From Bacteroidota bacterium (lineage in GTDB: Bacteria; Bacteroidota; Bacteroidia; UBA7662; JAYUJN01): DNA of 64,000 bases. The stretch's first letter is position 1. Every line of letters starts with the position of its first letter. The stretch is from contig JAYUJN010000016.1 in assembly GCA_043765195.1 (NCBI GenBank), positions 17,761 through 81,760 of the forward strand. The letters run 5' to 3'. Position numbers and translations under genes: made by a program. The notes beneath the pieces are model-generated. The model saw only the letters and a list, made by a program, of their open reading frames with translations, did not search any database and was not told the origin of the DNA. Positions 30,032 through 38,581 of the stretch are shown piece after piece.

Positions 30032-30337
30032 ATGTCTGAATGGAATAACAAAGTCAAACGAATGCTCAAATCGGAGTTGATAAAAAGAGGTTTGTCCACC
30101 GAAGATTTAACCCTTTTATTGAATGAAAATGGTTGCTCAGAAACCAAGTCGAGCGTTGATAGTAAAATTAGTCGGGGTACTTTTAGTGCATCTTTTTTTA
30201 TGCAATCGCTGTTTGTGATTGGCTGCACAAAAATTGAGATAGAAGAATATCGTTCTACCTTTTTAGTTTCTGAACCTTCAAATTTGATGGTTGCCGAACA
30301 CAATGTTGAATATAAAACCGTTGAAAATGAACACTAA
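30032..30337 (+). CDS. Small helix-turn-helix-like protein (resembles DUF6471-type proteins); putative regulator of the R-M cassette
   Basis: 101 aa. MSEWNNKVKRMLKSELIKRGLSTEDLTLLLNENG...KISRGTFSASFFMQSLFVIG is a pattern I recall from small HTH proteins near mobile or R-M genes (not verified). Its stop overlaps the methyltransferase start by 11 nt. Confidence 0.5.
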   Translation: MSEWNNKVKRMLKSELIKRGLSTEDLTLLLNENGCSETKSSVDSKISRGTFSASFFMQSLFVIGCTKIEIEEYRSTFLVSEPSNLMVAEHNVEYKTVENEH

Positions 30338-31697
30338 ATTGAAATTCATAGATTTATTTGCGGGTCTTGGCGGCATTCGTTTGGGTTTTGAGCAGGCTTG
30401 CAAAGAGCGTGGCATCGAAACTGAATGTGTTTTAACTTCTGAAATCAAGCCTTATGCGGTTCAAACGCTCAAACACAACCATCACCACGAAAATTTTGTT
30501 GGCGATATTTTTCAAGTCAAAAACGAGGATATTCCGCCCTTTGACTTCTTGTTCGGCGGTTTTCCTTGCCAGCCATTTAGTGCAAGCGGCAAAAGAAATG
30601 GCTTTGCGGACACACGAGGAACTTTGTTTTTTGAAATAGAACGCATTATCAAATACCACCAGCCACAGGGTTTTATCCTCGAAAATGTGGAGGGTTTGGT
30701 CAAACACGATTTGGAAAATAAACACGATGCGATAGGTAGAACGCTACAAACGATTTTGCATAAACTTGAAAAAGAACTGGATTATCAAGTTTCTTGGAAA
30801 GTTTTAGACAGTGTTCATTTTGGCGTTCCACAATCTCGAAAACGGGTTTTTATTGTAGGTACAAAAAACGAAAAAGTATCGTTAGAAAATTTTGAGCCAA
30901 CTTACAAAGTGCTAAATGACGTTTTAGAAAAAGGAAAACCAACGATGAATACGGCGTTTACTAAAAAATTGCTTTCGTATTTTACGGTTGAGGAGCTTTA
31001 CGGAAAATCCATCAAAGATAAACGTGGAGGCGAAAATAACATTCATAGTTGGGATATTGGCATTAAGGGCGAATGCTCAAAAGACCAAATTAATTTGTTA
31101 AATCAGTTGTTTAGAGAACGCAGAAAAAAGCAATGGGCGAGTGAAATCGGCATTGATTGGATGGACGGAATGCCGCTGACTTTAAGCCAAATTCAGTCGT
31201 TTTTTCCTACGAATAATTTGTTTGAAAACATCGATGTAAAAATACTTTTAGACGATTTGGTAGAAAAAGGATACATAAAATTTGAACACCCAAAAAAGTT
31301 GGTTAATGAAATTACCGAAAATGGTATAATTACCGCTCGTATTTATGACGAAACCAAACCCAAGGGCTACAATATTGTAACTGGAAATTTAAGTTTTGAG
31401 GTCAATAAAATACTAAATCCGTTTGAAATTGCACCTACTTTGGTAGCAACTGATATGGTAAAAATTGTTGTACCCGATGGTAAAGGAATTAGAAAACTAA
31501 CGATAAGAGAAGGATTGCGCATTTTTGGTTATCCCGAAAACTACGATATTCCCGTAAAAGAGAGTTTAGCCTTTGATTTACTGGGCAATACAGTGGTTGT
31601 TTCTGTTATAAAAGCCGTTGCAGAAAGGATTTTAGATGCAATTCAGATGCCAGAATACGAAGTTTTAGAAACCGAAAACACAGGAATTACAGCGTAA
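30327..31697 (+). CDS. DNA (cytosine-5)-methyltransferase
   Basis: Motif I FIDLFAGLGG, motif IV GGFPCQPFS, motif VI ILENVEGL, motif VIII QSRKRVFIVG, motif IX-like RKLTIREGLRIFGYPENY and motif X LLGNTVVVSV. The start is set at the ATG at 30327 (MNTKLKF); alternatives are the ATG at 30303 or the track's TTG at 30291. Confidence 0.93.
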   Translation: MNTKLKFIDLFAGLGGIRLGFEQACKERGIETECVLTSEIKPYAVQTLKHNHHHENFVGDIFQVKNEDIPPFDFLFGGFPCQPFSASGKRNGFADTRGTLFFEIERIIKYHQPQGFILENVEGLVKHDLENKHDAIGRTLQTILHKLEKELDYQVSWKVLDSVHFGVPQSRKRVFIVGTKNEKVSLENFEPTYKVLNDVLEKGKPTMNTAFTKKLLSYFTVEELYGKSIKDKRGGENNIHSWDIGIKGECSKDQINLLNQLFRERRKKQWASEIGIDWMDGMPLTLSQIQSFFPTNNLFENIDVKILLDDLVEKGYIKFEHPKKLVNEITENGIITARIYDETKPKGYNIVTGNLSFEVNKILNPFEIAPTLVATDMVKIVVPDGKGIRKLTIREGLRIFGYPENYDIPVKESLAFDLLGNTVVVSVIKAVAERILDAIQMPEYEVLETENTGITA

Positions 31698-31709
31698 TTC
31701 CTGTGTTTT
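31675..31709. terminator. Bidirectional intrinsic terminator: a 16-bp perfect inverted repeat with a 3-nt loop, flanked by an A-run and a T-run
   Basis: AAAACACAGGAATTAC-AGC-GTAATTCCTGTGTTTT(T). It spans both convergent stop codons (methyltransferase TAA at 31695-31697; endonuclease TAA complement at 31687-31689). Confidence 0.75.
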
Positions 31710-32376
31710 TCAAGTATTGAGATTTTACTTTTTCCAACCAATTTTCGCTGTAGCTGTCTGTGCTATGCGCATATTTTTCGAGTGTTTCAGCAATGGCGTT
31801 CAAAAAACTTAGCTTGTCTGCGAATGGTTTGTTTTTGGGGCTTTTAGCATACCACTTTACTGGTCTTAAATTATAGGGCTGACTGTTTTTAGTTTGCACA
31901 TACACAGGATTTGCGCCCGAAGTTCCTGCCATTTCCCAAACTTTCATAAGCCATAAATTGTCCACACTCAAAACAGAATCAACCATTTTGTAACCAAAAA
32001 TCAAATAATCTGCGTCAAGTCTTTCAGGTTTGAGAAGAAGCGATTTGTTGTAAGAATCAAAATTTGCGATGTCAAATGCTGGCGTAGCGTCTGCGTTGAA
32101 GGTTTTGATTTCTAAAAAGCCCTTTTTGTCATTTTCGTCAAGTAAAAAATCTGGAAACTCTTGGGTATTTGTCGGTTGCCTAAAATAGAAATTCTTTTGT
32201 TTCAGCCATTCGCCAAGCCATTCTTGCAACAGGTCGCCAATTGCGTCTTTTCCGTTGTATTTTGCAGAAATGCCACCAAGCCTAATTTCAATACTCCCGA
32301 TTTGTTCTTTTATTTTGAACTCGTTCAGCAATAAATCATAAATTTGGTATGCCGTAACTTTTATCTTTTCTGCCAT
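31687..32376 (-). CDS. Type II restriction endonuclease (PD-ExK fold)
   Basis: 229 aa, convergent with and overlapping the C5-methyltransferase by 11 nt. The catalytic-type motif is QEFPDFLL...KGFLEIKTF (PD...ExK). It is AT-rich relative to its neighbours. Specificity cannot be determined from sequence alone. Confidence 0.75.
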   Translation of the reverse strand: MAEKIKVTAYQIYDLLLNEFKIKEQIGSIEIRLGGISAKYNGKDAIGDLLQEWLGEWLKQKNFYFRQPTNTQEFPDFLLDENDKKGFLEIKTFNADATPAFDIANFDSYNKSLLLKPERLDADYLIFGYKMVDSVLSVDNLWLMKVWEMAGTSGANPVYVQTKNSQPYNLRPVKWYAKSPKNKPFADKLSFLNAIAETLEKYAHSTDSYSENWLEKVKSQYLKNTGITL

Positions 32377-32396
32377 TCGTTTGGTGGTGTTTGATA

Positions 32397-32433
32397 TTTC
32401 TACACCACAAAGGTACTAAATTTATGCCCAAAA
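32397..32433. repeat. Right copy, part 1: a duplicated TonB-receptor promoter block now placed upstream of the restriction endonuclease gene
   Basis: 37 nt identical to 29818-29854 (TTTCTACACCACAAAGGTACTAAATTTATGCCCAAAA). Confidence 0.85.
32408..32415 (-). promoter_or_regulatory. Duplicated -7 box TACCTTTG, 32 nt upstream of the restriction endonuclease ATG
   Basis: The plus strand reads caaaggta inside the duplicated block. The endonuclease start is at 32376. Confidence 0.5.
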
Positions 32434-32603
32434 CGGTTATACATTGGTATTTTGGCGCATTGTTTGCAACCAACCCAAAAAAAATTTGGTTAGGTAATCA
32501 CTCATTTGCCCCATTGCGCCAAATCGCCGAGCAGTTAGCCGTTTATTATTTCATTTGGGCGTTTTCATTACCCAAAACATAAAAATAGCCAAACCGAGGC
32601 ATT

Positions 32604-32670
32604 GCCCAAAAATCCATTATTCAAAACACAAAAAATATGAACCTAAACAATTTTATAGACCACACCAAGC
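32604..32670. repeat. Right copy, part 2: the native deoC leader and 5' coding end, matching 29847-29912
   Basis: GCCCAAAAATCCATTATTCAAAACACAAAAAATATGAACCTAAACAATTTTATAGACCACACCAAGC aligned against the left copy. Confidence 0.8.
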
Positions 32671-33281
32671 TGGGCGCACACCTCACCCGAGCAGAAGTAG
32701 CGCAACTCTGCCAAGAAGCCGCCGAAAATAACTTTGCGGCGGTGTGCATACCGCCCTATTTTGTGGCGCAATGCCATAAATTGCTGGCACAAACAACCGT
32801 AAAAACCTGCACCGTGGTGGGTTTTCCGCTGGGTTATAGCACCATAGCCGCCAAAATAACAGAAATAAAAAAAGCCTTAGACGACGGCGCACAAGAAATA
32901 GATGCCGTAATTAATTTGGCTGCTTTGGCGAACGGCGACTGGCGCACGCTAACCAACGAGCTGGAAAGCATGACGAATACCTGCCATTTTCAAGGAAAAA
33001 TCATCAAAATTATCATAGAAACCGCTTATTTGACCCAAGCAGACTATGCGCCGCTCACCGAAATTTGCATAAAAACGGGCGTGGATTTTGTAAAAACCTC
33101 CACTGGTTTTGCGCCCACGGGTGCCGATGTAGCCTCGGTGCGCCAGCTCAGGCTTTTGCTACCCGAAACCATCAAACTAAAAGCCTCGGGCGGCATCAAA
33201 ACCAAAGACCAAGCCCAGAGGCTCATAGCAGCAGGTGCCAGCCGCATAGGCACTTCTTGCGGGCTACAACTAATAGGCTAA
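32637..33281 (+). CDS. deoC: Deoxyribose-phosphate aldolase
   Basis: 214 aa, DeoC class I aldolase pattern (VCIPPYFV, DFVKTSTGF, LKASGGIKT). Confidence 0.9.
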   Translation: MNLNNFIDHTKLGAHLTRAEVAQLCQEAAENNFAAVCIPPYFVAQCHKLLAQTTVKTCTVVGFPLGYSTIAAKITEIKKALDDGAQEIDAVINLAALANGDWRTLTNELESMTNTCHFQGKIIKIIIETAYLTQADYAPLTEICIKTGVDFVKTSTGFAPTGADVASVRQLRLLLPETIKLKASGGIKTKDQAQRLIAAGASRIGTSCGLQLIG

Positions 33282-34327
33282 ATGGTGGCGGTGGGCGTTT
33301 CGCCTTTGTTGGCAAGCTGCCCGCAGGCTGCGTCTATGTCTTTGCCTCGGCTGCGCCTTATGTTCACTATAATGTTGCGTTGGGTGAGGTAATCGGCGAA
33401 CTGCTCGAGCCTGTCGGCGGCGGTATTTTCAAACTCGCCATCGCCTATGCTGTTGTATTCTATTAGGTTTACTTTGCAAGGAATATGCCTGCAAAAAGCC
33501 GCAAGTTCCTGCGCATCTGCCAGCCCATCGTTGAAGTTTTTGAACACAATGTACTCGTAAGTAACCCTGGTGCGGGTTTTTTCGTAAAAATAAATGAGCG
33601 CTTCCGCCAAGGCTTCCAAGGTATTGCTTTCGTTTATGGGCATAATTTGGTTGCGTTTTTCGTCGTTTGCGGCGTGCAGCGACAGCGCAAGGTTGAACTT
33701 TACTTGGTCGTCCGCCAGTTGTTTTATCATTTTGGCAATGCCTGCGGTGCTTACCGTAATGCGCTGCGGCGACATACCCAGCCCGTCGGCTGCCGTAATT
33801 CTATCTATGCTTTGCAGCACATTTTTGTAGTTCAGCAGCGGCTCGCCCATGCCCATATACACAATATTGCTCAGGTTGCGCTCGTGGCTGGTTTCGCTTT
33901 GGTGCTTTATAATGGCTACTTGGTCGTAAATTTCGGCGGCGGTAAGGTTGCGCTCACGCTTGAGCTTGCCCGTGGCACAAAACTTACAGGTGAGGCTGCA
34001 GCCCACTTGCGAGCTTACACAGGCAGTGGTGCGGTTTTCGGTGGGTATTAGCACGCCCTCCACAAAAAAATTGTCGTAGAGCTTAAACCGATTTTTTATA
34101 GTGCCGTCGGTGCTGTACTGGCTATGGTCGGTGATGATGGCATTTAGCGCAAAATTTTCTTGCAAAACCGTTCGTAGCTGCTTCGATAGGTTGGTCATTT
34201 CCTCGAAACTACGAGCCGATTTTTGCCAAAGCCACTCATAAATTTGCTTTGCCCTAAAAGGTTTTTCGTTTAGCGTTACCATAGCTGCGGTAAGCTCGGG
34301 CAGGGTAAGTGTGCGAATATCTTGCAT
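33278..34327 (-). CDS. rlmN: 23S rRNA/tRNA (adenine-C2)-methyltransferase RlmN (radical SAM)
   Basis: Cluster motif GCSLTCKFCATG and the MGMGEPLLN motif. The track start at 34357 is TTG; the first ATG (MQDIRTLTLPEL) is at 34327. Confidence 0.92.
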   Translation of the reverse strand: MQDIRTLTLPELTAAMVTLNEKPFRAKQIYEWLWQKSARSFEEMTNLSKQLRTVLQENFALNAIITDHSQYSTDGTIKNRFKLYDNFFVEGVLIPTENRTTACVSSQVGCSLTCKFCATGKLKRERNLTAAEIYDQVAIIKHQSETSHERNLSNIVYMGMGEPLLNYKNVLQSIDRITAADGLGMSPQRITVSTAGIAKMIKQLADDQVKFNLALSLHAANDEKRNQIMPINESNTLEALAEALIYFYEKTRTRVTYEYIVFKNFNDGLADAQELAAFCRHIPCKVNLIEYNSIGDGEFENTAADRLEQFADYLTQRNIIVNIRRSRGKDIDAACGQLANKGETPTATI

Positions 34328-34369
34328 TTGGCTGTTTTGGGTGTAAAGATAACCCAAAAATAGTTGGTA

Positions 34370-34822
34370 TCACCCCAAAAAACGGCTTTTAATGTCGTCG
34401 TTTGGTAGCCAGCACTCGGTTTTTTGCCCAAACCATTTGTACCTATTTTTGGCTACGAGTTCATACACAAAATTTCGGATAAAGGGCGGCACAAGTATAA
34501 ATACGTAAAACAACGACCAGCCGTAGCTTAGGTTTTTGGCTATTTTTAGGGCAGCAGCCGATTTTGTATGTATTGTTTTGCCATCATAAAAAACCACGGT
34601 ATCCATGGATAGCACTTTTTTTTGGGTTGAAAGAAGCTGCGCAACAGCCAAAAAAACCTCCGAATTTGCGAAAGCAAATTCGGAGGCGGCTTGTTGTTGA
34701 ACAAATATAGTGTGTAGTGATGCGAATTTTAGTCTTTTTTTTGGGTCGTTTTTTATGATAAATTGTACCATAGTGCTACATAAGTTGCACTTGTCGTCAA
34801 AAAAAACGATGGCTTGCAACAT
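34370..34822 (-). CDS. DCC-family thiol-disulfide oxidoreductase (DUF393)
   Basis: 150 aa with the N-terminal FFDDKCNLCS motif (D-x-x-C-x-x-C). Confidence 0.7.
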   Translation of the reverse strand: MLQAIVFFDDKCNLCSTMVQFIIKNDPKKRLKFASLHTIFVQQQAASEFAFANSEVFLAVAQLLSTQKKVLSMDTVVFYDGKTIHTKSAAALKIAKNLSYGWSLFYVFILVPPFIRNFVYELVAKNRYKWFGQKTECWLPNDDIKSRFLG

Positions 34823-34825
34823 GGT

Positions 34826-35740
34826 TTATTCGTAGTTTTTCAACTGATAAGTTACGCCCACCGTAAGTATGTTGCTAAACTGACCCCTTGTTCCCTTGTA
34901 GCCCGCTGGCGTGCCGTCTGCCTTCAAAATATTGAATTTTATATCGTCGTCGTAGATGTAGGCAGCGCCCAAACCTACGGCAATGAACTTGTTCACCTTA
35001 AAGTTTAGCAATGCCTCCACGTTTACGTCCACTTTTGTAGGCGTGGTGTAGTCCATAAACAAACGTGCGTGCGATTTAAAGCCAATGTTTTCGGCAAAAG
35101 CCTTTACATAATTAGCGTCTATGCTCGCACCTATTTGGCTACGGAAGTTAGTGCCTTTGTCGGCGGGTATGTACTTTGCCAAAGCCACAATGGCGGCGTT
35201 GTTTACGATCGTTGCTTTGTAGGCAATGGGCGAAACAGTAACCGTATAATCGGGTTTGGTGTAGGTAGCGCCTATGCCAGCCTCAATGTAAGCAGGCGAA
35301 AAAAGGGTAGAAATGAGGTTAGAACCGCCCGCTTTTGGAAACTCAAAACCGTCGGCAAACTGGCTACGGAACAAACCGCCTGCGGTTAGCCCCCAGTTTT
35401 CTTTGAGTTTTTGGGTGTAAGCACTTGTAAACAAAATACGGTCGTCTATTTTACGAAAAGCCGCACCAGATACCACGCTACCAATGCGGTTTGCGCCGTA
35501 AGCAAGCGTAAGGGCGTTGTCCCATTTGCCTTTGCCGATGGGTTTTGTGGCGTTCACATCTATTAAACCAGCCACGGTTATGTTGTTTTGCCCGCCTGCA
35601 GCCTGATAGGTCGAAAAAGCTGCATTTGCAAAATTCAGGTTGTAGTTAGAAATAATTTTCCAACCCTCCGTTTTTGTGGCTTGTGCTTGGGCTGCCACTG
35701 CCAAAAGTGCTACACATACCGTTAGTACTAATTTTCTCAT
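34826..35740 (-). CDS. DUF3078-like outer-membrane protein (paralog 1)
   Basis: 304 aa with a signal peptide (MRKLVLTVCVALLAVAAQAQA). It shares blocks with 36650-37552: GGQNNIT, WDN, SPAY(I/L)E(A/L)G(I/V)GATY, LFMDY, Y(I/T)YD(D/H)DIKF. Confidence 0.65.
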   Translation of the reverse strand: MRKLVLTVCVALLAVAAQAQATKTEGWKIISNYNLNFANAAFSTYQAAGGQNNITVAGLIDVNATKPIGKGKWDNALTLAYGANRIGSVVSGAAFRKIDDRILFTSAYTQKLKENWGLTAGGLFRSQFADGFEFPKAGGSNLISTLFSPAYIEAGIGATYTKPDYTVTVSPIAYKATIVNNAAIVALAKYIPADKGTNFRSQIGASIDANYVKAFAENIGFKSHARLFMDYTTPTKVDVNVEALLNFKVNKFIAVGLGAAYIYDDDIKFNILKADGTPAGYKGTRGQFSNILTVGVTYQLKNYE

Positions 35741-35833
35741 TGTTTTTTGTTGTTTTAAGTTTAATTATTTAAAATTGTAGTCTGGCTAAGTCCTTATCAA
35801 AAACTTAGCCAAAGCTACGTATTCTACCGCTAT

Positions 35834-36487
35834 TTATAGGTATTTGTTAATAATTTGTTTGGCTTTTTCTTGTCCGCCCACACCAAACGAGATGCCCAGT
35901 GCAAGTGCCAAACCCAAGCCCAATGCGCCAAATACGATTTGTACCAAGCTCTCGATAATGCCGCCGCCGATGCCTACCTGCGCCAGTGCCATAGAAAACA
36001 CAATGAACAACACAAAGCCACGTGCCACATCGCCGATAAGTTCGCTGCTGCTGTTGCCAGAGGCAGCCATACTTTTGCGTATCATGTCCTTTACCAAATT
36101 ACCCAAAAACAAACCCACCACTACCAGCACCAAAGCCACGATAATGTTTGGTATTAGGGCAATGCCTTGGTTTAGCAAATTGGCTACGGCAGGCAAACCC
36201 AGTTTCGAAAAAACGGCTACCAGCGTAAAAAGTAAAATTGTCCAATAAACAAAGCCACCTGCAATTTCGGGCGTAGAGGTATTTGCGTTTTTTAGCATCG
36301 GCTCTATGCCTACTTGTTGCGTTAGGTTTTTTACATTTATTTTTGTAAGTACCTTGGTTATAACCGAGCGCAAAATTTTGGCTATAATAAAACCAATTAC
36401 AAAAATAACGAGTGCGCCCACTAAGCTGGGCAAAAAGGCGGTAAAGTTAGAAATAGCGCCTGAGAAATACGTTGTGAAATTTTCCAT
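35834..36487 (-). CDS. Conserved-TM-helix repeat membrane protein (mechanosensitive-channel-N-terminal-like)
   Basis: 217 aa with several TM helices of the repeated pattern LP(S/A)L(V/I)GAL(V/L)I...G..IAK, as in TM_helix repeat proteins. Confidence 0.5.
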   Translation of the reverse strand: MENFTTYFSGAISNFTAFLPSLVGALVIFVIGFIIAKILRSVITKVLTKINVKNLTQQVGIEPMLKNANTSTPEIAGGFVYWTILLFTLVAVFSKLGLPAVANLLNQGIALIPNIIVALVLVVVGLFLGNLVKDMIRKSMAASGNSSSELIGDVARGFVLFIVFSMALAQVGIGGGIIESLVQIVFGALGLGLALALGISFGVGGQEKAKQIINKYL

Positions 36488-36649
36488 TTTTTTGTTTTAA
36501 TTTGTTTAATGTGAATGGTAGTTTAGCACATTTCAAAAAACGTGCCAAAAATTTTCACAACTATTTGGTAATGAAATAGTTACAATTTTTAAAATTAAAA
36601 AATAGACGAATTACGCACTTTTGTCGACGAATTTGATTTCGTGCTAACG

Positions 36650-37552
36650 TCAGTTGTTTTTATCTATAAGATACTCTAAACCGATGGTCAGCATATTGTT
36701 AAACTGGCTGCGTGGCGCTTCGTATCCGAGCTTGTTGCCATCGATGTCGGTTATGCTAAATTTTATGTCGTGGTCGTAGGTATAGTTCGCCGCAAAAATT
36801 ACTTTTATGTGTTTCGTCGCTTTTAGGGTGGCTACCATGCTGGCATTTACATCTATGTATTTAGGGTTTTTATAATCCATAAACAAAGTGCTTTTTGCTT
36901 TTACGGTCAGGTTGTCGTTTACCTTTTTGTTCAGGTTCATTTCCACCCTTGCGCCCAGCTCGCCCCTAAATTTTTTTGTGGCTTCTACCCCAAACTTACC
37001 TGCGTTGGATAGTGCGGTATCCAGCACAAACGTAAACTTAGACCCGAGCGGCGACGCATTTATTTTTAGGGTTGGGTTGGAGTAGGTAGCACCCACGCCC
37101 AGCTCGAGGTAGGCGGGCGCAAAAATATTGGAAATGCGAACAGGTTTATCGTCTATAAACTCCACACCTGGCAGGCTCTGGCTGCGAAAATCTGCAAGGG
37201 CGGTGTAGCCCAAATGCTCGTTTATTTTGCTGGTAAATTTGGTGTTTATCGCAAACCTATCGTCCGACTTGCGAAACCTATCGGTTTTTGCGCTGCCCAG
37301 CCTACTCAGCCCAATGGCAAAAATAAGGTTGTTGTCCCAGATAGAAAGCTCCGTTTTGCGGGTGGCGGTTAGGTCCACAATCGTACCAAAGGTGATGTTG
37401 TTTTGCCCGCCGCCAGTTTGGTATTTGCTAAACTGTGCATTGCTTACGCTGAACAAAAACTGGTAGTGGCTGCTCCAATTGGATTTTGCTTGGGCAAGCA
37501 AATTGGCGGCATTGAGTATAGAAATGGTTAAAAATAAAAAGCCCTTAGCCAT
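36650..37552 (-). CDS. DUF3078-like outer-membrane protein (paralog 2)
   Basis: Trimmed from the TTG at 37600 to the ATG at 37552 (MAKGFLFLTISILNAANLLAQA). It shares motif blocks with 34826-35740. Confidence 0.65.
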   Translation of the reverse strand: MAKGFLFLTISILNAANLLAQAKSNWSSHYQFLFSVSNAQFSKYQTGGGQNNITFGTIVDLTATRKTELSIWDNNLIFAIGLSRLGSAKTDRFRKSDDRFAINTKFTSKINEHLGYTALADFRSQSLPGVEFIDDKPVRISNIFAPAYLELGVGATYSNPTLKINASPLGSKFTFVLDTALSNAGKFGVEATKKFRGELGARVEMNLNKKVNDNLTVKAKSTLFMDYKNPKYIDVNASMVATLKATKHIKVIFAANYTYDHDIKFSITDIDGNKLGYEAPRSQFNNMLTIGLEYLIDKNN

Positions 37553-37642
37553 GTATTTTGGATAAAAAGTGTGTGTGCGTGAAAATTTGCTAAAAAGCAA
37601 TATTTTGTGCGTATCACTTTTTATGAGGGTTTTTTTGGCGCG

Positions 37643-38155
37643 TTACTGCCTTTGTTTTTTATTTTTTTTAAATAAATTTTTCAGGGCTTTGTTCTTAAAA
37701 ACTGGCTCGCCCACCAGTATTTTCCGCACGGATATGGCGGTGCGCATATCCACTACTCGGGTGTAGCCAAAGTGCAGTGCGGGGTTTATATCCAACGAAA
37801 CGAGCCACTTTGCGGCTGGCAGTTTAAACTCGATGCCTGCTATGCCGTCGGCTCCCGCATAGCGCCCTGCGCTTAGGTCGTAGCCCGTGTGCAGCCCGCC
37901 GCCCGCATAAAAGTTGAGGTTGTCGGTCGCCAGCGGAAAGTGTTTTTCGAGCAAAACGGTGGCTCGCACGCCCCTTAAATTTAGGGCGGCTATGGCTTCC
38001 AAGGTGGTTTTAGGCAAAATCCTTTGCTGCAAACTAAGCCCAATGTGGTTGTTGCTGATGCGCAAGCCAGCAGCGGTAATGTATTGCTGGGCGAAGGCGC
38101 TTTTTTTGTTTACGCAAAACAAAATTGCGAGTGTGAGTAATAATATTTTTGGCAT
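37643..38155 (-). CDS. Hypothetical exported small beta-rich protein with a Lys-rich C-terminal tail
   Basis: 170 aa with the signal peptide MPKILLLTLAILFCVNKKSAFAQ and the C-terminus KNKALKNLFKKNKKQRQ. Confidence 0.55.
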   Translation of the reverse strand: MPKILLLTLAILFCVNKKSAFAQQYITAAGLRISNNHIGLSLQQRILPKTTLEAIAALNLRGVRATVLLEKHFPLATDNLNFYAGGGLHTGYDLSAGRYAGADGIAGIEFKLPAAKWLVSLDINPALHFGYTRVVDMRTAISVRKILVGEPVFKNKALKNLFKKNKKQRQ

Positions 38156-38197
38156 TGAGTTTTTAGTTGTGGTTTTGGGTGCAAGTTTGGCGTTCGG

Positions 38198-38569
38198 CTA
38201 CCAAATGTTTTCTAAATCTTTTTTGGTGTATAAATGATTGCGGTCGGTAAAAACGGTGGGTTTGTCGTCTTTTAATTGTAGGCTGCCTTTACCAAATATG
38301 CGTGCCAAAAATGCGAACGGCACCAAAAAAACGAAGTATGCCACCGTGAGCAGCACACGGCTGTTGAACCAACCCAGGGCGTGTGAGAGCGCAAACCAGC
38401 CCTGTACGATGTATTTTGTGAGGAAGGGAACGAACACAAAAATCAGCCCGAGTGCCGTGGTAATTTTGGTGAGCAGCGGTATTTTGAATATGAGCGAGAG
38501 CAGCAGCAAGCCTACTACGATGACCAATTGGGCTTCTCGGCTTTTTTCGGGTGTGGTTTCGGGGGTCAT
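38198..38569 (-). CDS. Small two-to-three-TM membrane protein (SxtJ-like?)
   Basis: 123 aa with hydrophobic segments LVIVVGLLLLSLIF and VLLTVAYFVFLVPFAFLARIF. The family assignment is from memory only. Confidence 0.45.
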   Translation of the reverse strand: MTPETTPEKSREAQLVIVVGLLLLSLIFKIPLLTKITTALGLIFVFVPFLTKYIVQGWFALSHALGWFNSRVLLTVAYFVFLVPFAFLARIFGKGSLQLKDDKPTVFTDRNHLYTKKDLENIW

Positions 38570-38581
38570 TTTGGGTGTTTT

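Noticed and set aside
32391-32582. A 63-aa ORF in the ~170 bp of unrelated sequence between the two halves of the right-hand R-M flank.
   Set aside because: It has a TTG start, no recognisable motif, and runs through the duplicated promoter block. It is most likely non-coding flank. What the 170-bp segment is remains unexplained.
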